Positions 10,291 through 20,171 of a stretch of DNA of 64,000 bases are shown here, one piece after another (positions within the stretch are counted from its first letter, which is position 1; each line of letters begins with the position of its first letter). The stretch spans positions 21,737-85,736 of the forward strand of contig CAZBQI010000003.1 in NCBI GenBank assembly GCA_964494105.1, written 5' to 3'. The position numbers were made by a program, and so were the translations under genes. Below the pieces are notes generated by a model. It had not been told where the DNA came from and ran no database searches. It saw only the letters and a program-made list of their open reading frames with translations. Source of the stretch: an uncultured Candidatus Saccharibacteria bacterium. Lineage in GTDB: Bacteria > Patescibacteriota > Saccharimonadia > CAZBQI01.

Positions 10291-11687
10291 TGAAGTGGCC
10301 ACAGTTAACTGAACTAGTGGATGACTTACAGTCAGGTAAGCGTGACGTAGTAGAGTTGGTTCAAGGCTGTCTTGATCAGATTGAAGGGGCCAAGGATTAT
10401 AATGCTGTTCTTGAAATTAACCCGGATGCGCTAACAAATGCGAAAAAACTAAAGCAATCACCTAAAAAGGGGCGACTCTACGGTGTGCCCTTTATTGCTA
10501 AAGATAACTTTTTGACTAACAGTACCCATACAACGGCGGCGAGTAACATCTTGCGACCATTCAAGGCACCATTCCAGGCGACTGCGATAGAAAAGCTTGA
10601 GGCCGAGGGCGCAATATTATTAGGAAAGGCAAATTTAGATGCGTTTGCCCATGGCTCATCTACCGAAAACAGTGATTTTGGCCCCACAAAAAACCCTCAC
10701 GATAAAACGAAAGTGCCTGGTGGATCATCCGGTGGCTCAGCTGCTGCAGTTGCCCTGGGGCTATGTGGCTTCGCTATTGGCACCGATACCGGCGGCTCAA
10801 TTCGGCTACCTGCCAGCTTTTGTGGTGTTGTTGGATTGAAGCCAACTTATGGCTTAGTATCGCGCTACGGAGTAATCGCCATGGCTAGTAGTACCGATGT
10901 TATCGGGCCTTTAACTCGTAGTGTCAGCGATGCTGCATTGGTTCTGGATATAATGGCCGGGCAAGACGGCAAAGACGCTACGTTAATCGAGCGACAAAAT
11001 AACTATACAACCACAGATGCGCAAATTTCGGGTCTTAAGGTAGGAGTAATTAGGGAGCATACTGAGGGCTTATCAGCCGAAATGAAGGCAATTGTAGATT
11101 CGAACTTGGCAAAACTTAAAAGCCAAGGTGCAAAAATTATGGAGGTTAGTGTTCCTAGCTTTAATCAGGCATTGGCTGCTTACTACATAATTGTTCCAGC
11201 CGAGGTAAGCTCTAACTTGGCTCGGTTTGATGGAATACGATATGGCTTAAGCGAAGAAGGTGAGTCACTTTTTGACGTGTACGAAGCTACTAGGTCGCGA
11301 GGCTTTAATGCCGAAAATCAACGGCGAATACTCATCGGCACGTACGTTCTGTCGAGTGGATATTACGATGCATACTACAAACAAGCTCAAAAAGTACGGG
11401 GAAAACTGATTCAAGATGTAAGTTTGGCTTTTAAAGACGTAGATATTATGATCGGCCCGGCAGCTTCTGGCCCGGCGTTTAGTTTTGGATCAAAGAGCGA
11501 CCCGCTAGACATGTATATGGTAGATGTAATGACGGTCGGGATAAATTTGGTTGGGGTTCCGGCTGTGGTACTACCGGGTGGCAAAGTAGATGGCTTACCG
11601 GCTGGTATTCAGTTAATAGCCGCTCAAAAAGACGATGCTCGCTTGCTTGCAGTGGCGGAGAGTCTAGAGGAGCAGGGTGATGAATAA
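10290..11687 (+). CDS. gatA: Glu-tRNA(Gln) amidotransferase subunit A
   Basis: 465 aa. Amidase signature GGSSGGSAAAVA and GVPFIAKDNF. GTG start overlaps the gatC stop. Confidence 0.95.
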   Translation: MKWPQLTELVDDLQSGKRDVVELVQGCLDQIEGAKDYNAVLEINPDALTNAKKLKQSPKKGRLYGVPFIAKDNFLTNSTHTTAASNILRPFKAPFQATAIEKLEAEGAILLGKANLDAFAHGSSTENSDFGPTKNPHDKTKVPGGSSGGSAAAVALGLCGFAIGTDTGGSIRLPASFCGVVGLKPTYGLVSRYGVIAMASSTDVIGPLTRSVSDAALVLDIMAGQDGKDATLIERQNNYTTTDAQISGLKVGVIREHTEGLSAEMKAIVDSNLAKLKSQGAKIMEVSVPSFNQALAAYYIIVPAEVSSNLARFDGIRYGLSEEGESLFDVYEATRSRGFNAENQRRILIGTYVLSSGYYDAYYKQAQKVRGKLIQDVSLAFKDVDIMIGPAASGPAFSFGSKSDPLDMYMVDVMTVGINLVGVPAVVLPGGKVDGLPAGIQLIAAQKDDARLLAVAESLEEQGDE

Positions 11688-13128
11688 AACAGAAATTCGA
11701 AAAAAATACCAAGTAGATATAGGCATAGAGTGCCATGTACAACTGAAAACGAAATCTAAACTATTTTGTGGCTGTGGCAATGACGCGCGTGAGGCCGAGC
11801 CTAATACTCTGATATGCGAGATTTGCTTAGGTTTTCCCGGCACCCTACCTTATTTAAACGAACAGGCAGTTTGGTTGTCGCTACGGGCTGGCTTGGCCTT
11901 AAACGCTAAAATCCCCTCGATAACTAAGTTTGATCGTAAGAATTACTTTTACCCAGATCTACCGAAAGGTTACCAAATAACTCAGTTCGACCAGCCAATA
12001 GTTGGTCAGGGACATGTTGATGTTCCGCTGGGTGATGGTTCTTTTAAAGTAGGCATTACCAGGGCACATATGGAAGAGGATGCCGGCAAGCTGGTGCACC
12101 CACCAGCAAAAGACTACAGCCTAGTTGACTTAAATCGTGCTGGCACGCCACTGCTCGAGATTGTATCTGAGCCTGATATTCACTCACCGGCCGAGGCTAA
12201 GGCCTATGTTCAGGAATTATATAACCTGATGCGTTTTGCTGATGTTTCCGAAGTAAATTTATACTACGGCAACATGCGTTTCGACGTTAATACAAGTGTG
12301 CGGCTAAAGGATTCAAAAAAACTTGGCACCCGCACTGAAACCAAAAATATTAATTCTTTTCGTAATGTTGAGCGTGCAGCCGAGTTCGAGATTGAACGTC
12401 AAATAGTGCTACTAGAAAAAGGCGAGAAGATAACTCAAGAAACTCGCGGATGGGATGATGCTAAAGGCAAAACTACCTCTCAGCGGAGCAAAGAAGAAGC
12501 AGAAGACTATCGCTACTTTCCAGAGCCAGATTTACCACCTTTAAGAATTACAGGCGACATAATTGAAAAAGCAAAAAGTGCACAACTATTAAGCTTGCGA
12601 GCAATTAGGGACAAGCTTGCAAATACCGGCCTGAGACCGGATGAAGTTGAGGAATTTATTTCTATTGGACCTGGTTTTGTAAGCATTTATCTAGCTGATT
12701 TACTGCCAAAAGCCAGCCAGCGCGCAGCAAGTTTGATTGGGCGATCATGGATTGGAGCAACTGAAGAAGCGATAGATGAACTGATAAAACAGCTTCACTC
12801 GACTGCTAAAAAGCGCATAATTGATGAACTGGCTCTAGCAGCTGAAGCAACCATTAAGGGCGAACTGACAAATAATCAGTTTAGGAACTATTCATACGAA
12901 CAAATGCTAGGCAAAAAACCAACTATGCCAAAAGCCCAAATATCTGATACCAGTGAAGTCGAAAAAATTATCGAGTTGGTTATTGGCAGAAATCAAAAGG
13001 CTGTTACGGATTATCAAAATGGTAACGAAAACTCACTGAAATTCCTGATTGGTCAAGTAATGAAGGATTCACAAGGACAAGTTAATCCGAGTGTCGCTGC
13101 AGATTTGTTACACAAGAAACTAAAGTAG
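11677..13128 (+). CDS. gatB: Glu-tRNA(Gln) amidotransferase subunit B
   Basis: 483 aa. GatB N-terminal catalytic domain (GIECHVQL, CEICLGFPGTLP) and C-terminal YqeY-like tail. GTG/ATG start at 11677/11680. Confidence 0.95.
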   Translation: MMNKTEIRKKYQVDIGIECHVQLKTKSKLFCGCGNDAREAEPNTLICEICLGFPGTLPYLNEQAVWLSLRAGLALNAKIPSITKFDRKNYFYPDLPKGYQITQFDQPIVGQGHVDVPLGDGSFKVGITRAHMEEDAGKLVHPPAKDYSLVDLNRAGTPLLEIVSEPDIHSPAEAKAYVQELYNLMRFADVSEVNLYYGNMRFDVNTSVRLKDSKKLGTRTETKNINSFRNVERAAEFEIERQIVLLEKGEKITQETRGWDDAKGKTTSQRSKEEAEDYRYFPEPDLPPLRITGDIIEKAKSAQLLSLRAIRDKLANTGLRPDEVEEFISIGPGFVSIYLADLLPKASQRAASLIGRSWIGATEEAIDELIKQLHSTAKKRIIDELALAAEATIKGELTNNQFRNYSYEQMLGKKPTMPKAQISDTSEVEKIIELVIGRNQKAVTDYQNGNENSLKFLIGQVMKDSQGQVNPSVAADLLHKKLK

Positions 13129-13144
13129 TAGTATAGGGGTAGGC

Positions 13145-14032
13145 ATGTCACAAAAAATTACGAAAGCAATTATCCCGGCAGCTGGTTTTGGTACACGCTT
13201 TTTGCCACAAACCAAAGCTATGCCCAAGGAGATGCTCCCGGTGGTTGATAAACCGGTAATTCAGTACGTAGTAGAAGAGGCCGTCGCTTCTGGTATTAAA
13301 GATGTGGTGATTGTCACCGGTGCACTCAAGCGAGCGATTGAAGATCATTTTGATACGCCAAACGCAGATCTCATTCAAAATTTAAAAATGGGTGGAAAAG
13401 AAGAATTATTAAAGCAGACTCAGGCGATTTCAGATTTAGCAAATTTCATCTACATTCGTCAAAAAGGTATTTACGGCAACGGAACTCCCGTGTTGTCCGC
13501 AGAACCGGTAGTAGCTGGCGAGACTTTTGCGGTTCTTTGGGGCGATGAGTTTATTTACAGTAAGCCACCTCGTCTGGCGCAAATGATGAAGGTATATGAA
13601 AAATACGGCGGAGCGGTTATATCGAGTGTGCGGATTGAGCGCAAGGAAGATCTAAAGCGATATGGCATAGCCGAGATTGACCCCATAGAGGGCAATGTTT
13701 TCCGAATTAAGAAAATTGTGGAAAAACCGGAGCCGGAAGATGCTCCGTCAAATCTAGCTACTCATGGTGCATATATTTTGCCTCCGGAAATATTCGACAT
13801 CTTGCGTTCACAAAAGCCGGGCACGGGTGGTGAGCTTTACTTGCCCGAAGCGATTGATGCGCTAATAAAGACTGGCTATCCGGTGTACGGTTGTGAAATC
13901 GAAAATGGTCGCTACTTTGATACCGGCAACAAGGAAAGGTATTTGGAGACAATAGTCGAGATGGCTCTAGAAGATGCGAAGCTCGGACCGAAATTTCGTG
14001 AGTATTTAAATAACATATTGAAAAAGGTCTAA
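13145..14032 (+). CDS. galU: UTP--glucose-1-phosphate uridylyltransferase
   Basis: 295 aa. KAIIPAAGFGTRFLPQTKAMPKEMLPVVDKPVIQYVVEEA is the GalU N-terminal nucleotide-binding signature. Confidence 0.9.
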   Translation: MSQKITKAIIPAAGFGTRFLPQTKAMPKEMLPVVDKPVIQYVVEEAVASGIKDVVIVTGALKRAIEDHFDTPNADLIQNLKMGGKEELLKQTQAISDLANFIYIRQKGIYGNGTPVLSAEPVVAGETFAVLWGDEFIYSKPPRLAQMMKVYEKYGGAVISSVRIERKEDLKRYGIAEIDPIEGNVFRIKKIVEKPEPEDAPSNLATHGAYILPPEIFDILRSQKPGTGGELYLPEAIDALIKTGYPVYGCEIENGRYFDTGNKERYLETIVEMALEDAKLGPKFREYLNNILKKV

Positions 14033-14046
14033 CAAACTAGTATAAT
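14018..14046 (+). promoter_or_regulatory. sigma-70-type promoter TTGAAA-17-TATAAT, arranged for a leaderless transcript of the 14054 gene
   Basis: TTGAAA at 14018-14023, a 17-nt spacer, and TATAAT at 14041-14046. The ATG at 14054 is only 7 nt downstream of the -10, with no Shine-Dalgarno. Confidence 0.55.
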
Positions 14047-14053
14047 ATCACCT

Positions 14054-14302
14054 ATGGATGCTTTTGAAATATTAGTAATAATTTTAGCAACAGCACTAGC
14101 TGTTTTTATAGTTCTAGGTATTATTCTAACTTCAATTCTAATAAAAATTGCAAAACACGTTAAGGTTGTAACCGAAAAGGCCGAAGATGTTGCTAGTAAT
14201 GTGGCGGCCGCATCGCAGTACGTGAAGCCTGCTATGTTTTCAGCGGCTGCCTCCAACTTTGTGAAGAACATGATGAATAACAACAAAAAGAAAGGTGAAT
14301 AA
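14054..14302 (+). CDS. small membrane protein (DUF948-like N-terminal TM plus helical tail)
   Basis: 82 aa with one N-terminal TM helix and a charged C-terminus. Lies in a cluster with a YtxH-like gene. Confidence 0.4.
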   Translation: MDAFEILVIILATALAVFIVLGIILTSILIKIAKHVKVVTEKAEDVASNVAAASQYVKPAMFSAAASNFVKNMMNNNKKKGE

Positions 14303-14580
14303 TGGGTAAAAAATTTGTTAAAGGGACAATAATTGGCGCAATCGCCGGTGCAGTTGCAGGAGTTTTGTTTGCCCCAAAAAGTGGTAAAGAAACTCGCGAA
14401 GACATAAAGAAAGGCGCCAAAGCAACTAAGGAAAAAGCCGCAAAAAAGTACAGTGATGTCAAAAAAAGCACGGCCAAGGAAGTGACAAAGGCAAAGAAGG
14501 TTGGAAAAAAAGTTGTATCGGGTGCAGGTAAAGAGATAAACAAAGTAAAAAAGAACGTAAGCAAACGCGTAAACAGATAA
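14302..14580 (+). CDS. YtxH-family stress-associated protein
   Basis: 92 aa. GTIIGAIAGAVAGVLFAPKSGKETRED is the YtxH signature, followed by a Lys-rich tail. Confidence 0.6.
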   Translation: MGKKFVKGTIIGAIAGAVAGVLFAPKSGKETREDIKKGAKATKEKAAKKYSDVKKSTAKEVTKAKKVGKKVVSGAGKEINKVKKNVSKRVNR

Positions 14581-14583
14581 AAA

Positions 14584-14853
14584 ATGCCCACGAAATCACG
14601 TCCTAGTGATAAGGATTATCGAGCTTTAGGCAAGGCTGTTGAAAAAGCCTTAGTGACGGATTACTCTAGTTTTGTCGACCATAAGCGAAGCTTCTATTGG
14701 ATGAGCTTTTCGAGAGGACTACTTGCCGGTTTTGGTGGAGTTATCGGTGCTACGCTGGTGGTGGCGATTGTAATATGGCTATTGTCAATTTTTGGTAATC
14801 TACCGGTAATTGGAGATTTCTTTAACACAACCAAAGAAACCATCCAGCAGTAA
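14584..14853 (+). CDS. small membrane protein (hypothetical)
   Basis: 89 aa with a single TM helix near the C-terminus. Co-oriented with the YtxH-like genes. Confidence 0.4.
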   Translation: MPTKSRPSDKDYRALGKAVEKALVTDYSSFVDHKRSFYWMSFSRGLLAGFGGVIGATLVVAIVIWLLSIFGNLPVIGDFFNTTKETIQQ

Positions 14854-14854
14854 T

Positions 14855-15829
14855 ATGTCTATTGGATATCAAGAGATAGCAACAGCCATAATTCTTTTGG
14901 CGTTTGGTGGTATATTCATTGCCACCATTTGGCTTCAACTGTCCAAGTCATTTATAGCTGAAATAATCGGTAGCTTTCCGCTTCAATTATTCTTCGGCTT
15001 AACATCGGTTGCTACTGTACTTTTTATTTTCGCCCGCGCAATAGGGGTGAACGACAATATGTTTTGGTTAATAATGGCTTTTGCATTGCTACCGGTTTGT
15101 TTCATCGTGGTCAGAGTGCTAGCGTTTTCGTTTATTCATCCGAAGGAAACAAGAACTGAGCATAGCAATTTAAACATCGGCTCTTTCAATAAGCAGATTG
15201 GTACCGAAAACGCTCATTTAATTGTAGATTACGCTCAGCAAATTGGTTTGGATATTCTTGGAATTTCCGAAGTAAAAAGAATTGATTTTGCCAAACTGCT
15301 AACCGGCGAGTACCCGTATACGTTTAATAGCAATAAAAAGTATGGAATTGGCCAGGCTGAATTTTTGATTCTTAGTAAATATAAACTTGGAGAAGTTAAA
15401 AGCATTTCACTTGACAAATTTGGCAATGGAGTCAGAACAGAAGTTAATATTAAAGGCAAGCGAGTCGCGGTTTATTTAATTCACACAACTGCGCCGATAT
15501 CACCGGAGCTTTTTTTAAAGCGCAACGAAGGTTTTGCTAAGCTGACAGAAATACTGAAGGCAGAAAAGACGAAACGCATAATTGTGATGGGCGATCTAAA
15601 CATTACCCCCTATAGTTGGGAGTACCGTCATTCTCTAGGCAGCCTAAGGCACTTGATTTATAACGCTACAAAAGGATGGGGTATACATTTCACATGGGCA
15701 TTTTTTCAGCCACTTTCCACGCAACTGGATCACATATTCGCAAGTAAAAATATTCACACAAAACAATTCATAGTCGATAAAAATTTAAAGTCAGATCACA
15801 ATTTGATTTGGGCAAAACTAAAAGTCTAG
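14855..15829 (+). CDS. membrane-anchored endonuclease/exonuclease/phosphatase (EEP) family protein
   Basis: Three or four N-terminal TM helices. The C-terminal domain carries VMGDLNITPYSW and SDHNLIWAKLKV, typical of EEP enzymes. Start is moved to the ATG at 14855, just after the upstream stop, rather than the ORF-track 14810. Confidence 0.6.
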   Translation: MSIGYQEIATAIILLAFGGIFIATIWLQLSKSFIAEIIGSFPLQLFFGLTSVATVLFIFARAIGVNDNMFWLIMAFALLPVCFIVVRVLAFSFIHPKETRTEHSNLNIGSFNKQIGTENAHLIVDYAQQIGLDILGISEVKRIDFAKLLTGEYPYTFNSNKKYGIGQAEFLILSKYKLGEVKSISLDKFGNGVRTEVNIKGKRVAVYLIHTTAPISPELFLKRNEGFAKLTEILKAEKTKRIIVMGDLNITPYSWEYRHSLGSLRHLIYNATKGWGIHFTWAFFQPLSTQLDHIFASKNIHTKQFIVDKNLKSDHNLIWAKLKV

Positions 15830-15874
15830 CTTCGCATACATGTTAAAATTAGGGTAAATAACAAGAGGTATTGG

Positions 15875-18800
15875 GTGAGTAAAACATCCGCCGATATTGG
15901 CGTTGCAAATTTAAGTGAATCAAAATATACACCCAAAGACTTTGCGCATTTACATACCCATAGTCATTACAGCCTTCTAGATGGCTTGCAAAAAGTGCCC
16001 GAGTTACTCGATCGAGTAAAGTCGCTGGGAATGAACAGTGTGGCCATTACTGATCACGGAACTTTATCTGGGGCAATTGAGTTTTATAAGGAAGCGAAAG
16101 CACGGGGGATTGAACCGATAATTGGGATTGAAACGTATGTTGCTCCGCGAAAGCACACTGATAAAGACGGAAAAGAAGACGCCAATCCATTTCACTTGAT
16201 TTTGCTGGCTATGAATAATAACGGCTATCGCAACTTAATGAAGCTCAGCACGATTGCCAATTTAGATGGTTTTTATTACAAGCCGAGGATTGACCACGAC
16301 TTACTAGAGAAGCATAACGAAGGATTAATAGCTCTTTCGGCTTGTGCAAGTGGTGAAGTAGGGAACGCTATTCGTAACGATCAATACAAAGCAGCCAAAG
16401 AAATAGCCACATGGTACAAGAAAATCTTTGGCGACAGATACTATTTAGAGGTGCAAGATCATGCTCATCAGTGGGATGTCCAAAAAAAGATTAACGACAC
16501 GGTATTAAAAATTGGCAATGAACTAGATATCGATGTAGTAGTGACGGCTGACGCTCACTATACGATAGAGCCAGACCAAGAAGCACACGAAATTCTACTT
16601 TGCGTACAAACTGGGTCTCAACTTGACGATGATCGCAGAATGTCTCTACGAGATATGCACTTATTTATGTCAGATCCGAAAGAAATCCAAAAACGCTGGA
16701 AGTCGAATCCTGAGGTCTTAACCAACACAGCCAAAATCGCTAAGCGATGTCATGTAGATATTGAACTTGGCGGAATACTAATTCCGACATTTGATACCCC
16801 GCAGGGATACGATGAGTCATCATTACTGCGCGAAAAGGCAATTCAAGGTTTGGCTTGGCGCTACGCCAATCAGTCAAAAAAAGATTCAGAAAAAATGGGC
16901 GAGAAAGATGTGAAGGCAAGTGTTGAGCCACGACAATTTACAAGGCTTGAGTATGAGCTCGATGTAATAAATAAAATGGGTTTTGCCGGATACTTTCTAA
17001 TTGTGGCGGACTTTGTAAACTGGTCAAAAAAACAGGGAATCATCATCGGTCCGGGAAGAGGGAGCGGCGCAAGTTCGATAGTTGCCTATGCCCTAAACAT
17101 TACCAATATTGACCCGCTGAAATACGATCTATTATTTGAGCGCTTCCTGAACCCGGACAGAGTGAGCATGCCTGATTTTGATATAGATTTCCAAGATGAT
17201 CGTCGAGACGAAGTAATTGACTATGTTACCAAAAAGTATGGGGCAAATCGCGTTGCGCACATTGCCACCTTTGGCAAGATGGCGGCAAGGAACGCCATTA
17301 GAGACACTGCTCGAGTATTAGGTGTTTCTTATAACGATGCGGATCGGCTAGCGAAAATGGTTCCTCCGCCTGTCCAAGGACGTCACATACCATTAGCTAA
17401 AAGTATAAAAAGCGATAAACAATTAAAGCAAGAATACACTTCTAACGAGCAGTCGAAAAAAGTAATTGATTTGGCAATAAAACTTGAAGGTACAATTCGA
17501 TCCCATGGTGTTCACGCTGCCGGAGTAGTAATTGCGCCCGAAAGTATAACTCATTTTACGCCCTTGGAAATGGCTCAAAAAGGCGTTGTAGCAACGCAAT
17601 ACTCTATGGGCCCGGTAGAGGAACTGGGTTTGTTAAAGATGGACTTTTTGGGTTTATCAAATTTAACAATTATAAAAAACGCCTTGCGCATAATTCGCAA
17701 AGTTTACAAGAAAAACATCGATATCACTAAGTTGCCACTTGATGATAGAAAAACATACGAATTACTCAGCCGAGGCGAGACTACCGGAGTCTTTCAATTG
17801 GAATCGGCCGGCATGAAGCGCTACTTGAAACAACTTAAGCCAACAGAGTTTTCCGATATTATCGCAATGGGTGCGCTGTATCGACCAGGTCCAATGGCCG
17901 AGATACCTCGTTACATCGAAGGCAAGCACAATCCATTAAAAGCAACTTACCCGCACCCATTATTGGAGCCAATCCTGAAGGACACCTATGGTGTTATGGT
18001 TTATCAGGAACAAATTATTGCCATGTTGCAGTTGATTGCAGGCTATACTCCCGGTGAAGCTGATTTAGTGAGGAAGGCTATCGGGAAAAAGAAGCGAGAT
18101 ATTATGCAGGCCGAAGAACCAAGGTTTGTCGAAGGATGCGTAAAAAAGGGTATTGGCAAGCACCAGGCAAAAGCATTGTGGGCGCTGATTCAGCCATTCG
18201 CTGATTACTCATTTAATAAGGCCCATGCTGCGTGCTACGGATTAATTGCGTTTCAAACAGCTTATTTGAAGGCTCATTTCCCATCGGCATTAATGGCGGC
18301 CTTACTGACGAGCGATTTCGAAGACACTGATCGAATAGCTATTGAGTTGGCAGAATGTAAACAGATGGGCATTAAGGTATTGCCCCCGGATGTGAACGAG
18401 AGTTTTGTGGAATTTGCTGTCCAGCCAAAAACTGGAGCTATAAGATTCGGACTAAGCGCCATTAAAAACGTCGGCGTAAGTGCGGTCGAGGAAATTCTAA
18501 GGGCGCGTAGTGAGCGTTCGTTTAAATCTATCGAAGACTTTGCCCGTCGGGTAAGCCCGCGGAGTGTTAACAAGAAAACCTGGGAGAGCCTTATTAAAAC
18601 AGGGGCTTTTGATCAATTAGAAAATCGACAGAAGTTGTTAGCAAATATGGATTTGATTATTAGTTATGCATCAAAGTTCCACAAGAAGATCGGTAGTCCC
18701 CAAATAGATTTATTTGGCGCACACAGTAAGGCTGGCGAGTTACATAGCGAACTGGTTCTAGAGAATCCGAGTGAGTCAGCCGAAGAAACGGACCAATTGC

Positions 18801-19429
18801 TATGGGAGAAGCAACTACTGGGAGTGTACTTAAATGAACATCCGCTAGATAAATATCGGAAGGTTATGATGGCGGATAACATAGTTCCAATTAATGAAAT
18901 AAGCTCGGAACACGAGGGTAAGCAAATTGACATTGGTGGTTTGGTGACAACAGTCCGGCAAATTAAGACTAAGAACGGTGCCAACATGGCTTTCGTTACA
19001 ATTGAGGATTACACTGCCAGTCTTGAGTTGGTAGTTTTTCCAAAAACCTTTGAAACAGCAATTAACTTATGGCAAGAAGACACACTACTGCGTATCAGTG
19101 GCAAAGTAAGTAGTAAAGATAAGGATGGTGTGAACACTGGGGAACCAAAGATTCTGGTAGAGAGTGCGAGAGGCCTAAGTGATATTGACGACACAGGAGC
19201 ATCGCTGGACGAAATAACAATCACTTTGCGTGACACAAGCGATGCCGAACTTTTAAACGACTTAAAGAAAGTTCTTGTTGAGTATCCGGGAAAAACTAAA
19301 GTCATTATCGTTGTCGGTGATGCTGACGAAACTAAGATTAAGTTGCCATTTGGCGTTAACTTTTCTAGTGAACTCCAACAGCAAATTGATACGATTTTTG
19401 ACCCGTCGAAAGTAAAGGTGTCGATCTAG
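15875..19429 (+). CDS. dnaE: DNA polymerase III alpha subunit
   Basis: 1184 aa. PHP domain (HLHTHSHYSLLDG), polymerase core motifs and OB fold. GTG start with AAGAGG RBS. Confidence 0.95.
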   Translation: MSKTSADIGVANLSESKYTPKDFAHLHTHSHYSLLDGLQKVPELLDRVKSLGMNSVAITDHGTLSGAIEFYKEAKARGIEPIIGIETYVAPRKHTDKDGKEDANPFHLILLAMNNNGYRNLMKLSTIANLDGFYYKPRIDHDLLEKHNEGLIALSACASGEVGNAIRNDQYKAAKEIATWYKKIFGDRYYLEVQDHAHQWDVQKKINDTVLKIGNELDIDVVVTADAHYTIEPDQEAHEILLCVQTGSQLDDDRRMSLRDMHLFMSDPKEIQKRWKSNPEVLTNTAKIAKRCHVDIELGGILIPTFDTPQGYDESSLLREKAIQGLAWRYANQSKKDSEKMGEKDVKASVEPRQFTRLEYELDVINKMGFAGYFLIVADFVNWSKKQGIIIGPGRGSGASSIVAYALNITNIDPLKYDLLFERFLNPDRVSMPDFDIDFQDDRRDEVIDYVTKKYGANRVAHIATFGKMAARNAIRDTARVLGVSYNDADRLAKMVPPPVQGRHIPLAKSIKSDKQLKQEYTSNEQSKKVIDLAIKLEGTIRSHGVHAAGVVIAPESITHFTPLEMAQKGVVATQYSMGPVEELGLLKMDFLGLSNLTIIKNALRIIRKVYKKNIDITKLPLDDRKTYELLSRGETTGVFQLESAGMKRYLKQLKPTEFSDIIAMGALYRPGPMAEIPRYIEGKHNPLKATYPHPLLEPILKDTYGVMVYQEQIIAMLQLIAGYTPGEADLVRKAIGKKKRDIMQAEEPRFVEGCVKKGIGKHQAKALWALIQPFADYSFNKAHAACYGLIAFQTAYLKAHFPSALMAALLTSDFEDTDRIAIELAECKQMGIKVLPPDVNESFVEFAVQPKTGAIRFGLSAIKNVGVSAVEEILRARSERSFKSIEDFARRVSPRSVNKKTWESLIKTGAFDQLENRQKLLANMDLIISYASKFHKKIGSPQIDLFGAHSKAGELHSELVLENPSESAEETDQLLWEKQLLGVYLNEHPLDKYRKVMMADNIVPINEISSEHEGKQIDIGGLVTTVRQIKTKNGANMAFVTIEDYTASLELVVFPKTFETAINLWQEDTLLRISGKVSSKDKDGVNTGEPKILVESARGLSDIDDTGASLDEITITLRDTSDAELLNDLKKVLVEYPGKTKVIIVVGDADETKIKLPFGVNFSSELQQQIDTIFDPSKVKVSI

Positions 19430-19441
19430 CTAATTATTGAT

Positions 19442-19807
19442 TTGCTTGATGATTCAGCGCTATACATTCATACTTCGTATATAAAGATACCGGAGAGGCA
19501 ATTGCCGAAACGAAAAGTTCGAAGAACAACCAACTTTAGCCCAAATTTAAATTTGGCTTCTGCAAATGATCGGCTATTGTTCCTTGAGTGGATGGTGGTC
19601 TTTTCGATACCGCTCTTAATGATTGGCGCCATCAGGTTTATAGCAATATTTTACACTTTTGCCGCCACTCTAGTGCTGGTGGGCAGTTACCTAATTGTAG
19701 CTATAGTTGATGCCAATAAAGGGCATCCGTCGCTCCACCTCGTTGCCACAGTGAAGTATATTGTCATTGCAACGGCTTTAACTGTAGTTATTTATTACGC
19801 TCTATAA
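19442..19807 (+). CDS. small two-TM membrane protein, paralog A
   Basis: Shares LxxxEWLIVFAIP...IRHVAIFY-like core with the next ORF (LFLEWMVVFSIPLLMIGAIRFIAIFY). TTG start is uncertain; a shorter product from an internal Met is possible. Confidence 0.4.
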   Translation: MLDDSALYIHTSYIKIPERQLPKRKVRRTTNFSPNLNLASANDRLLFLEWMVVFSIPLLMIGAIRFIAIFYTFAATLVLVGSYLIVAIVDANKGHPSLHLVATVKYIVIATALTVVIYYAL

Positions 19808-19815
19808 ACATAATA

Positions 19816-19844
19816 TTGACTAAACCGCGAAAATAGTGTAAAAT
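19816..19844 (+). promoter_or_regulatory. sigma-70-type promoter TTGACT-17-TAAAAT for paralog B
   Basis: TTGACT at 19816-19821, a 17-nt spacer, and TAAAAT at 19839-19844. The ATG at 19866 is preceded by AAGAG. Confidence 0.5.
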
Positions 19845-19865
19845 CATAAGCGTTAAAAGCAAGAG

Positions 19866-20171
19866 ATGAATTCGATGCAACATTTGCTAAAATTGCGAAC
19901 TCAGTTGAACGTTGCTGAATGGCTAATTGTTTTTGCAATTCCATTTGTCATGATTGTGCCTATTCGGCATGTCGCAATATTCTACGTTGGCTTAGCTTTG
20001 ATTCTTGTCGTTATGGCTTATGCCGGCACGGCCTCTTACGACTATTTGCATACGAGAAAGATCAATCAAAAACGACGAAAGAATCTGGTTGAGCCACAAT
20101 TTCATTACCTGAAGATGCTTCTGTACGGGCTTGTGAGTTTTATGCTGTCGTTTATGTACCTAATGCGATAA
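19866..20171 (+). CDS. small two-TM membrane protein, paralog B
   Basis: 101 aa, paralogous to 19442-19807, with an ATG start. Confidence 0.5.
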   Translation: MNSMQHLLKLRTQLNVAEWLIVFAIPFVMIVPIRHVAIFYVGLALILVVMAYAGTASYDYLHTRKINQKRRKNLVEPQFHYLKMLLYGLVSFMLSFMYLMR

